Shown piece after piece: positions 46,156 through 55,043 of a stretch of 64,000 nucleotides of DNA (positions are counted from its first letter, which is position 1; each line of letters starts with the position of its first letter). The stretch spans positions 31,740 to 95,739 of the forward strand of contig JBIOWP010000105.1 of NCBI GenBank assembly GCA_044868695.1, in the 5' to 3' direction. The notes under the pieces were generated by a model. That model was not told the DNA's origin. It did no database searches and saw only the letters and a list, made by a program, of their open reading frames with translations. Made by a program: the position numbers and the translations under genes. The stretch is from a bacterium. Lineage in GTDB: Bacteria > Sysuimicrobiota > Sysuimicrobiia > Sysuimicrobiales > Kaftiobacteriaceae.

Positions 46156-47760
46156 TTAGCGGGCGTGGGAGGCCACGAGCGCCGTTTCGACCGCGAATAG
46201 CTCGTTCGTCCGCACGAAACTGACCAGCAGCAGGCGCAGGTAGGGGGTCGCCAGCTGGCTGCGGTGTGCGCCGATCGCCGCACGTTTGGCGCGCTCGGCA
46301 TCTTCCGACAGCTCGAACCGCATCCACGTCCAGTGCTGCGGGAGCGCAGTGGCGGGCGGAGGCAGCAGCGGGTCGGCGGGCGCCGACCGCAGCGGTCGGG
46401 GGAAACCCGGTGCGTGGACCAGGAACGTGTACACCGGGATCTGCCCTCGCACGACGTGGACCAGGTCAAACACGGCAATATGATCGCCGTGCCGGTCGAG
46501 GGGGCTGTGGGTGATGATGACGGTGGGCTGCACGCGAGCGACGAGAGAGCGCGTCAGGTCCACCAGCGCGGCGCGTGTGTACGGAGCGCCCCGGTCAACC
46601 ACACCCGGGTAGTCCGCGGTTCTCATCCCCGTGAACTGGGACACCACCGGTTGGATGGGATTGTGCATCACCGCGGACAGCTGGCGATCCGGAAACCCGA
46701 GGAATGACACGGCGCCGGGTTCCAAGCCGAGCCGCTGGAGCGCGGTCACCGTTTCCTGCTGGCGCAGCCGGCCTTCGCGGATGAAGGCGCCCGCGCGCGG
46801 CGGCACGCGCCGCCCGACCAGCGCGGCCGCGACGCGGTTGCTGTCGCCGTTGGTGACGACCAGCACGTTCACCGGAATGCCCGCGCTGTGTGCCGTGGCG
46901 ATGAGACCGCCGGCGCCGATGACCTCATCGTCGGGGTGCGCCACGACGACCAGCAGGCGGTCGTACGGTCCAAGCGGCGGCAACTCAGGGAGGTGCAGCG
47001 CCGCGGCCTGGGAGGGATGCGCGAAGAACAGCGGCCGCGTAATCACGAGCAGCACGAGAAGGGCTACCAGCAGTGCGTCCATCGGGGTGCGCCTCCGTCT
47101 AAGGGGCGGCCTCAGGGGCGGCCGGGAGAGCCTGCGCGGGTGCGCCGCCCGCGTCTGGCGGACGAGGTCGGATGAGGCGCGCAACTGCAGCGAGAGTCCC
47201 CGCACCATGCCGTACTTCCGGTGTTTGCGCCGGTGAGAGACGCCGGTCCATTCAACCTGGCATGTGGAGGCGCCGCGGGTCTTCGCCAGCCGGTCGAGCA
47301 CCATTTCGAACCCGAACCCGGCGCGCTCCAATTCAGGGTCCGCCGCCAGCAGCGCCCGCCGGACGGCGCGCTGCCCGGACAGCGGCGACAGCACCTCATG
47401 CCAGTAGTCGTCCGTGAAGACCGCGACGGCCATCTGAGCCTCTCCAGCCAGCACCGGCTGCGCCAGCTCCCCGACGTGGTCAGGCGTCAGATGGCAGAGA
47501 TCAGCGTCCAGCAGGAGGACGACGTCGCCCCGCGCGGCTCGGACTCCCGCCACCACGGCCGCCCCTTTGCCCAGGTTGCGCGGCAGCCGCAGCACGCGGT
47601 CGGCGCCCGCTTCGGCGGCCCGAGCCGCCGTCGCGTCGGTACTGCCGTCGGAGACCACGATGACCTCGTCGACGGTGGCGCACGCCCGGGCGGCGCGCAC
47701 GACATCGGCAACCGTCGCGGCTTCATTGTACGCAGGGATGACGCAGGAAACCCTCACCAT
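46156..47760 (-). CDS. Fusion: GT2 glycosyltransferase - TM helix - PIG-L/LmbE deacetylase
   Basis: IPAYNE, DGSTD, GKG, LDADL, LSGQRA; then RRRR and a TM helix; then AHPDDE, TNGD, R..E, LGFPD, HGDH, HRSQL. Confidence 0.85.
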   Translation of the reverse strand: MVRVSCVIPAYNEAATVADVVRAARACATVDEVIVVSDGSTDATAARAAEAGADRVLRLPRNLGKGAAVVAGVRAARGDVVLLLDADLCHLTPDHVGELAQPVLAGEAQMAVAVFTDDYWHEVLSPLSGQRAVRRALLAADPELERAGFGFEMVLDRLAKTRGASTCQVEWTGVSHRRKHRKYGMVRGLSLQLRASSDLVRQTRAAHPRRLSRPPLRPPLRRRRTPMDALLVALLVLLVITRPLFFAHPSQAAALHLPELPPLGPYDRLLVVVAHPDDEVIGAGGLIATAHSAGIPVNVLVVTNGDSNRVAAALVGRRVPPRAGAFIREGRLRQQETVTALQRLGLEPGAVSFLGFPDRQLSAVMHNPIQPVVSQFTGMRTADYPGVVDRGAPYTRAALVDLTRSLVARVQPTVIITHSPLDRHGDHIAVFDLVHVVRGQIPVYTFLVHAPGFPRPLRSAPADPLLPPPATALPQHWTWMRFELSEDAERAKRAAIGAHRSQLATPYLRLLLVSFVRTNELFAVETALVASHAR

Positions 47761-47850
47761 GATAGGCAAGCGCACAACAGTCCGGTCGGGTTCCCCCGGC
47801 CAACCGTCGACGTGGGAGCTGTCGCGGTGCCTTCATCTTCTCTGAACCGG

Positions 47851-48459
47851 ATGCATCCCCTGCTGCGCAAGGCGGCCGGCGCCATCACGGATCTCGGCTA
47901 TCTGCTGGCCGCCGGAATCCCAGGGCTGCGGGGAGTCTGGCGTGTCTGGGCCGGCGCATGGTACCCGCGGCTTGCCCGCAGCTACCAGTCCGTGGTGGAC
48001 GCCGACCCGGCGTATTTCGTTCCCTTGAACCGGATCTTGCCGGACCTGCCGCAGGCAGCGCGGATCGTGGAGGTCGGGGCCGGGACGGGCGCCGCCACCG
48101 GTATGCTGCGGCGCCGGTTTCCGAACGCCTATCTCGTCGCCGTCGATCTGACTCCACGCATGCTCGCATCGCTGCCCGCGGCCGATGTCCGCGCCGTGGT
48201 CGGTGATGCGTTTGCGCTCCCGGTGCGCGGGGGAATCGCCGATCTGGCATTCGTCCACAACGCGCCGTTCGCGCCCGAGGAATTACTCAGGATTCTCAAG
48301 CCGGGGGGCGCCGCAGTGGTCGTGCTGTCCCGCGCGGGATGGCTGCCGGGGCGCCTGGCACGCGCGCTGGCGTTGAGGCCGTTACATGCGGCGGTGGTGT
48401 TGCACGAACGCCGCGCGGGCGCGGGAGTGGCCTGGGTGCTGACGAAGCGTGATGGCTAG
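47851..48459 (+). CDS. Class I SAM-dependent methyltransferase
   Basis: IVEVGAGTG, AVDL...ML, GDA.ALP, ELLRILKPGG. Confidence 0.8.
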   Translation: MHPLLRKAAGAITDLGYLLAAGIPGLRGVWRVWAGAWYPRLARSYQSVVDADPAYFVPLNRILPDLPQAARIVEVGAGTGAATGMLRRRFPNAYLVAVDLTPRMLASLPAADVRAVVGDAFALPVRGGIADLAFVHNAPFAPEELLRILKPGGAAVVVLSRAGWLPGRLARALALRPLHAAVVLHERRAGAGVAWVLTKRDG

Positions 48460-48463
48460 GACT

Positions 48464-51144
48464 TCATTCGACCCGCCTGACAGCCCCCCGGAGCCATGCC
48501 CCCAACGGGATCGTCCCGGCATCCGCTCGGATCAGCGCTACGGCGACCGCCGGCAGCGCCGCGGTACTCGGATAGATGAGATACCGTGGCGACGAGAGCG
48601 GGTGGAACTTGCGCTTGAACTGATGAAGCCCCTTAAAATTGTAGAATCGGTTCATGTGCTCATAGATGAAGTGCACCGCCCGCTCAACGGCCGGGTCCTC
48701 CGATCGCTCTCCAACACCCGCCAGCGGGCTCAACCCCAGGTTGAAGGTGGCATAGCCTCGGCCCCTGGCCCGCTCCAGTAAAGCGGCAAAGAGGAAATCC
48801 ATCGTGCCCGACTCCGCATCACGCCGGCGGCGCATCAGATCGATGGTCGACTCGTTGCGTTGATATTCAGAGACGATGTTGGCAAACGCCATGACCTGAC
48901 CGTGCGCGTTGCGCACAATCATGACCGGACCATCCCGGAGATACTCCTCGTCAAACCATCCCAAAGAAAAACGCTTCTCCGTCCCTTTGACCATCGTGAG
49001 CCACTCGTCGCTGACTAGCCGCAGTTCGCGCAGCAGGTCATCGGGGAGCGGCGGCAGTTGTACCTCGCTGCGGTACCCGAGCCTGGTCATCCGGTTCACC
49101 GCGCCCCGGAGTTCTTTGTTCGGTCCTCCGGACAACGTAAAGCCGCTCAGGTCCACGATGGCTTCATCCCCGATCCGCAAGACCCGGAAGCCGGCAGCCG
49201 TGTAGGCGTCGAGGAGGTCCGGAAGCGTCTGGTAGAAGGCCGGGACCCAGTCGTTGCCTGCGCAGTGAGTGGCAAACGCGGCGATGGCGGCAGATAGATC
49301 GGCGGCCGGTCCAATGGGATCGCCCAGCGCCACGGCGACCCGTCCTCTGACGGCATAGGCGACCATGGATCCGCGCGGGCTGAAGTAGTACGACTTGTCT
49401 TCGAACAGGGTGAAGCGGGCCAGCGACGAGCGACCGTGGGCCTCTACGCTACTCCGAGCCCGCGCCCGTTCTTGAGGTGTGGCCGGGCGACGCACGAGCA
49501 CCGGTCGGCTCAGCATCACCGTGGCATAGCCAATCGTCGCGAGCGCCACCCATAGATGGAGTCGGCGAAATACCGGCCGAATCCAGTCAGAGGCTGAAGC
49601 CCTGGATCCGAGAACTCCGTGAACATGATGACAGTTTGCGCCAGCGCCGCCGTGATGCTGTAGTGAAACTGGAAGTGACGGTCCAGCAGGTAGAAGCCCG
49701 CCGCGCCGTACGCAAGCGTGAATCCGAACGCGCCGAGCAGCGTACGCAGTCCCTGCCCCGCGGACGGAGGATCTGAACCGGCATGAAAGTGAGGCCGCAG
49801 TATCATCAGCAAAGCTGCCAGAGTTGCGGCCAGCATCGCCTCCTCATAATCCAAGCCCTTGATCAGATGAGTGACCGCTGAAATGACAAGGAGCAGGAGG
49901 GTCAGCCACCACGCCACGCGCTTACGCCGCAATAAGTTGCCCGCCAGCGCCAGGAGACCGAACCCGGCCAGCGCGGTGATCAAGCGGGCACCGTGGCGGA
50001 TCCCGATGGGGAACGCCTGTACCAGGATCTCGAGCCGCGCATCCAGCGACGGTGTGATTGCTGATAGCACGTTCATCGCGCCGATCAGCGCGGCGAGCCC
50101 AGCGGCGACATGAACCCCCCAGGCTTCCGGCGAGATGCGTGCAGCGACCTGAAAGGTCTGCACACGACGCAAGAGCACGAATCCCGCGAGGAGCGGCAGC
50201 CAGAAGGTCAGGCCGCGAAACGCGACCGCGATGACGGTCGAGCGTTCGGCGGGCACGCCCAGCGAGGCGAAGACCAGCGCCATCACGCCTTCAACGACGC
50301 CGATCCCTTGCGGCGTGACCGCGACGATCCAGAACAAGATGCCCATCGCATAGCCGGCGACCAGAATGCCCGGACCGACCGGTCCGTGGAAGGCGAGGAA
50401 CAGCAGGTACAGGCTGATCAGGTCCAGCCCGTGAGCGCACAGGGCAATCCCCAGCGCCCGCGCCAGCCGCGGGAGATGGGCCGCGACCATCACCGAGGCT
50501 TCAGCGAATTCGCCAGCGGTTTTCGAGGCCCACGTTTCGGAAAGGAACCCGCGATGGCTCAAGACTGCTGCGACGCGGTTCGCGCTGCGCTGCACCCAGG
50601 CCAGCATCCGCAGCAGCCACTCCCGGCGCCACAGCCCCAGGAGAAGTACCGCGCTCAGGCCACCGATGACGAGGAGCAGGACGGCGGCCCCGGCCACTTC
50701 ATACGGTTTCAGATCGTGATAGGTGAATAGATACGCGAGTCCGGCGAGGAGCACAACCACGAATGCCGTCAGATCGGCGATCAGCGCCAGCAGCACGGCC
50801 GCTGCCGCTCGGCCCGCAGGATAGCCTCGCCGGGCAGCATCGTCGACGAACAGCGCCGCTCCACTGACGCCGCCGGTCGGCGCGGCCACGTTCACTGCCA
50901 GGGAAGCGAACACGGTGGGGAGCAGTTGAGCAAGTGGCAAACGAATGTCTACGGCGGCAAACGCAGCTCGGTAGAGGCCGGCATAGACGAGGTAGTACAC
51001 AGTCTGCAGACCGGCGGCCGCCATTACCCACGCCCACCGGCCCTGCCGGAGCGTCTGCGCCAGGTGCTCAAGTTCCGTGAGGCGGCTGACGACCAGCCAG
51101 ACTCCACCAATCAGCAGCGTTCGGTAGAGCCACTGGCGGGTCAT
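48464..51144 (-). pseudogene. mprF: MprF-type aminoacyl-phosphatidylglycerol flippase/synthase split by a 1-bp frameshift near 49550
   Basis: 5' ORF has flippase TMs (TPQGIGVVE, AFRGLTFW, HLIKGLDYEEA); 3' ORF has the synthase domain (ALGDPIG, GDEAIVDL, EKRFSLG, DLMR, GTMDFLF, FNLGLSPL, YNFKGL..FKRKF.P); one extra G joins them. Confidence 0.82.
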
Positions 51145-51223
51145 GATGCCACGCAGCACCGGAGGGTCTGGAAACCGAAAGTGAACTTCTGGGACCGAGC
51201 AGGAGGCCCTTCTATTGGCCCGG

Positions 51224-52360
51224 TTAGCGATAGACTCCGTTGTGCCCGAGACTGATGAGACCGGGCTGAGGGAAATAGGAGAGCCCATGTGGCCCTGAGC
51301 CCACGGTGATGCGAGTCAGTAGCTGCCCGGTCGCAGTGTCGATGACTGAGACCGAGCGCGCGTACCGGTTGCTGACCCACAGCTCACCGCCGTCGGGCGA
51401 CAGCTGCATCATGTCCGGGCTGCCGCCGACCTGCCACGTCGCGCTGACCTGACGCGTGGCGAAGTCGATGACGCTGACCGTGCCGGCGAGCCGGTTGCTG
51501 ACGTAGAGCGACTGTGCGTCCCTGCTGACCTGCAGCCCGTGGGCACCGCGCCCGGTGGGGATGAACGCCACTTCCTCCATGCGCTCCGGGTCAATCACCG
51601 ACACTCCGTGCCGGGCCTGGTTGGCCACGAAGAACACCGCCCCGTCGGGGGCCAGGCGGACGTCGACGGGGAACCCGCCGACCGATACGGCCCCCACCTC
51701 CGCCCGGTGAGCGAGGTCGACCTTCACGACCATGCCGCTGAACTCCGCGCTCGCGAGCAGGTACGTTCCATCGGCCGAAAAGTCCAGGTGATCCACACCT
51801 GCATGGGAGATCGGGACGCTGCCCAAGGGGGCCCACGTGCGCCGGTCGTAGAAGTCGAGCCGCCACAGGCGCTCGGCAACAACAATGGCTGCGGTACCGT
51901 CGGGCGTGAAGTACAGGTTGTACGGGTCGACAATCCTGAGCGTGTCGGCCGGGAGGGCCGTGCTCGGATCGATCACGGTGAGCGTGTTGGCGCTGGTGTT
52001 GGCAACGTACAGGGCGGAAAAGTCCCACGCGGGAGTGATGTGATGGGGGACGAGGCCTGCGGAGAAGCGCGCGACCACCTCCCGGATCTGTGGGTCAATG
52101 ACGTCCACGGTGCCGTCATTGGTGTTAGGGACGTACACTCGCGCCGCGATGCCGGATGTCTTGCGGCGAAAATAGGGTGCGATCGTAGCGGCGTAGACGT
52201 TGGGCCGGAGGGTGACGGCGGCAATGGCACGGTCCTGCTGAGCCCGCGTCTCGCCGGGTGCCGTCGCAGGCTGACGCGCAACCCGGTCAATCCCGCCCGC
52301 GGCAGCGGCCAGGCCAGACACGATCAGCGCGATAAGCGGAGCCCAGCGCGCGCGGCGCAT
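51224..52360 (-). CDS. Secreted YVTN/YncE-like beta-propeller protein
   Basis: Signal peptide; repeated YVAN....VSVID units; G..PHG. Confidence 0.85.
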   Translation of the reverse strand: MRRARWAPLIALIVSGLAAAAGGIDRVARQPATAPGETRAQQDRAIAAVTLRPNVYAATIAPYFRRKTSGIAARVYVPNTNDGTVDVIDPQIREVVARFSAGLVPHHITPAWDFSALYVANTSANTLTVIDPSTALPADTLRIVDPYNLYFTPDGTAAIVVAERLWRLDFYDRRTWAPLGSVPISHAGVDHLDFSADGTYLLASAEFSGMVVKVDLAHRAEVGAVSVGGFPVDVRLAPDGAVFFVANQARHGVSVIDPERMEEVAFIPTGRGAHGLQVSRDAQSLYVSNRLAGTVSVIDFATRQVSATWQVGGSPDMMQLSPDGGELWVSNRYARSVSVIDTATGQLLTRITVGSGPHGLSYFPQPGLISLGHNGVYR

Positions 52361-52429
52361 GGTTCCTTCCCTCCGGCGTCGTCTACAGACAAGATACCCG
52401 GGCCTGGGCCTACCTAGGACGCCCGAGGT

Positions 52430-53488
52430 TCACGAGACGGCTCGGAGAGATTCGATGAGGTTCGCCAACCACGCCACCAGCCGGTCCCAGAGCCGTGGCG
52501 CAGACGCGATGCCGGTGCGTTCCGCCGCGGCGACCAGGCTCTGCGGCGACACGTCGCCCACGACGGTGATCACGCGACCATCGTGCGCCCAGTGTACCAG
52601 TGTGCGCAGTCCGAATGCGTGGACCCATACGGGGCCGTCTGGAGTGTAGATCACCCGGCTGTCCTGCGGCGGTGAAGCTACCGCGCCGCGGCGCTGGTAG
52701 ACCACCAGAGTAGCTAGGCCGTCCGAGTAGACGCTCTGCAGGACCGGCTCACCACTGCCGGGCAGGTAATCGCCCACCTTGTGAAAACCCGCCGGGAGGG
52801 CGATCCGCAGCGGCACCCCACCAGCGGCGAGTGAAGAGCTGGCGGCCAGGCGGGCCGGCGGCTGCTGGGTCAACCGCAGGTCGGATGGCGGGAGCTGGCG
52901 GCTGCGCCATCCGACGGGCTTGACCTCAAACGAGAGGTAAATCGTCGTCTCACCGATCCCACCCGCGTGACCCTGCCGCTCCGACCGGAGCACGACGCCG
53001 GTCGCATCGTCGACATCGATGCGACGTGAAGGGCGGTCGCCGGCGCGCGGCACCAGATCCACGCGTGTGACCCGGCGACCCAAGAGGCTTTCGGCCGCGG
53101 TATCGATCCGATAGTTCTCCAGCAGCCACGGGAGGTGACTGCCGGTCATGGCATCCCGATCGCCCGGCGGCCGCGTCGCGTGCGTGCCTGTCCGCCGTAG
53201 CGGATCGAAACGGATCTCGTCGGCGTCGCGGCGCCACACCGTCCACCGGCCGGCTGGTCCAACCGCGCGATAGTCCAGCTCGGACCATCCGGCCGGGTCA
53301 TAGGCGATCCTGACTAGGGACGCCGAGACATTGCGCCCGTCCCAGGTGACGATGACCTGCTCGCCAGCATACGCCACGCGCGCCGGTGCACGAGCGGCCT
53401 GCACCAGCGGAGCCGGTGCGTCTTGCGCCAGAACCGGCGCGGCGGCGGCCAGCACGGCGGCCACGACGGCTGCCGCGCTACGGACCAT
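52430..53488 (-). CDS. MucB/RseB-like exported sigma-E regulatory protein
   Basis: Signal peptide, Y.GEQ, LLENY, LGR....V.L.PR, D.ATGVVLR.E, LPAGF, YSDGLATL.VY, VVGDV. Confidence 0.75.
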   Translation of the reverse strand: MVRSAAAVVAAVLAAAAPVLAQDAPAPLVQAARAPARVAYAGEQVIVTWDGRNVSASLVRIAYDPAGWSELDYRAVGPAGRWTVWRRDADEIRFDPLRRTGTHATRPPGDRDAMTGSHLPWLLENYRIDTAAESLLGRRVTRVDLVPRAGDRPSRRIDVDDATGVVLRSERQGHAGGIGETTIYLSFEVKPVGWRSRQLPPSDLRLTQQPPARLAASSSLAAGGVPLRIALPAGFHKVGDYLPGSGEPVLQSVYSDGLATLVVYQRRGAVASPPQDSRVIYTPDGPVWVHAFGLRTLVHWAHDGRVITVVGDVSPQSLVAAAERTGIASAPRLWDRLVAWLANLIESLRAVS

Positions 53489-53939
53489 CGAGGCTCTCTG
53501 CCGGCCGCAGCAGATTGTAGGGAAGAGTGCTGCCCAGGTACGACGCCAGGGCCAGGTCGGCCATTGGGTGCAGGACGGCGAACTCGGCGTGCTGCCGAAA
53601 GTACCTGATGCCGGCCGCGCGGTCGGGCAGCGGCGACGGCAGGAGCCGTATCTGCAGCAGCAGAGCCACCGCGACCGCGACGGCCGCCAGCGCAGCGATC
53701 CACCGCGGCAGGACCGGCCGCCGAGCGGCCGCATCAATCCTGGCCAAAGTGCGCGGAAGCAACGAGGGATGGGGGGTACGGTCCGAAACTGCGTGGAGCA
53801 GATTCCTGACCGCCTGAAGGTCATCCAGAGTCCCCCGGCATTCCGCGCACTCTGCCAGGTGCGCAGCGACCGCGGCCGCCTCCTCCGGGGTGAGGGTCGC
53901 GTCCAGATAGGCGGTGAGCTGGTCGCTGAGGTGCGGCAT
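53478..53939 (-). CDS. Zinc-binding (HxxxCxxC) transmembrane anti-sigma factor
   Basis: LTAYLD..L......VAAHLAECAECR plus one TM; TGATG coupling to the sigma gene. Confidence 0.88.
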   Translation of the reverse strand: MPHLSDQLTAYLDATLTPEEAAAVAAHLAECAECRGTLDDLQAVRNLLHAVSDRTPHPSLLPRTLARIDAAARRPVLPRWIAALAAVAVAVALLLQIRLLPSPLPDRAAGIRYFRQHAEFAVLHPMADLALASYLGSTLPYNLLRPAESLDGP

Positions 53940-54535
53940 CACAGGTCGCCCCGCTTTATGTCGTCCACGTACGGCCGGAGCCACTCCCGCAGCGCGAGTC
54001 GCGCCCGGTGCAGCCGCGAGCGAATTGTGCCCACCGGACAGCGGAGAATCTCCGCCGCGTCCTCGTACGGCATGCCCTGCAGGTCGACCAGGGTGACCAC
54101 GGCCCGCGCGTCCGGCGGCAGTGCCAGCAGCGCCCGCAGCACCGGTCCGTCCAGCGCGCCCGCGGCGATCTCCCCGGGATCCGGCTGGTCCGTCGCGGCC
54201 GTGCCGGCCACCTCGTCGAGCGAAAATACTCGGCTGCGGCGATCGCGGCGGACCCGGTCCACGAACGAGTTGTGCATGATGCGAAAAAACCACCGGTCAA
54301 AGCGCGTCCCGGGCTGAAAGCGATGGAACGCTCGGAACGCTTCCTCCGCGGCCTGCTGCAGCAGGTCCTCGCTGTCGGTGGTGTTGCCCGTCAGGTGGTA
54401 GGCGAAGCGATAGGCATGATCCCAGTGCGTGGCGAGCAGGTCCGCGAACTCCTCGCGGGGGGAGGTCCGGTCTGAGGCCTGTGTGAGCTCACTCACCGGC
54501 AGCGAAGGATCGAGTGTGGCCTGTGCAGCAGCCAT
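53939..54535 (-). CDS. ECF RNA polymerase sigma factor
   Basis: DSEDLLQ..AF, F.RW.FRI..N, L.D.QG..YEDAAEIL.CPVGTIRSRLHRAR. Confidence 0.93.
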   Translation of the reverse strand: MAAAQATLDPSLPVSELTQASDRTSPREEFADLLATHWDHAYRFAYHLTGNTTDSEDLLQQAAEEAFRAFHRFQPGTRFDRWFFRIMHNSFVDRVRRDRRSRVFSLDEVAGTAATDQPDPGEIAAGALDGPVLRALLALPPDARAVVTLVDLQGMPYEDAAEILRCPVGTIRSRLHRARLALREWLRPYVDDIKRGDL

Positions 54536-54543
54536 CGCGAAGA

Positions 54544-54939
54544 CTACTCCATGATGGTGATGCTGCTGGCGCGATATGTCAACGCTTTGCCGCTGCGGGC
54601 GACGGCCCCGACGATGTCGAGCGTCTCGCCGGCCACCAGATCCTTGACCGTCGCCGCTTTGCCGGCCCGGAGGTACTTCGTCCTGGCGGTCTCGACGATG
54701 CGCAGCTTTGCGCCGGTTTTGAGCGCTCCGCCCTTCTCAACCTTGACGATTTCTACTTGCACCCAGCCCTTCCCAACCTGCAGGAGCGTGCCCTGAACCT
54801 GGAACTTGGCTGGAGTCTGCCCGGGTGCCCCCGCAGGTGCCTGGTATGGCGTCGTACTACCGGCCGCGAGCGCCACAGAAGCCACCGCAAGCACAACGAC
54901 GGCGGCCGGCACGAGATACACGATCCGCTTCACGATCAT
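54544..54939 (-). CDS. Secreted small beta-rich protein (DUF5666/OB-like)
   Basis: Signal peptide, TKY.RAGK.ATVKDL.AG..L.I.G; gaggaggg RBS. Confidence 0.7.
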   Translation of the reverse strand: MIVKRIVYLVPAAVVVLAVASVALAAGSTTPYQAPAGAPGQTPAKFQVQGTLLQVGKGWVQVEIVKVEKGGALKTGAKLRIVETARTKYLRAGKAATVKDLVAGETLDIVGAVARSGKALTYRASSITIME

Positions 54940-54967
54940 CCCTCCTCATGTGTCTTCATTCACTCCG

Positions 54968-54996
54968 ATGAGCGATTCGAGTGGTCAGGAAGTTCC
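54968..54996 (-). promoter_or_regulatory. ECF-sigma-type promoter candidate
   Basis: Minus strand GGAACTT-16 nt-GCTCAT, about 30 nt upstream of the first gene of the ECF operon. Confidence 0.5.
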
Positions 54997-55043
54997 AGGA
55001 AGCTGGAGATGAACGGCGCGCGCGCGGGCGGTATACTGAAACC

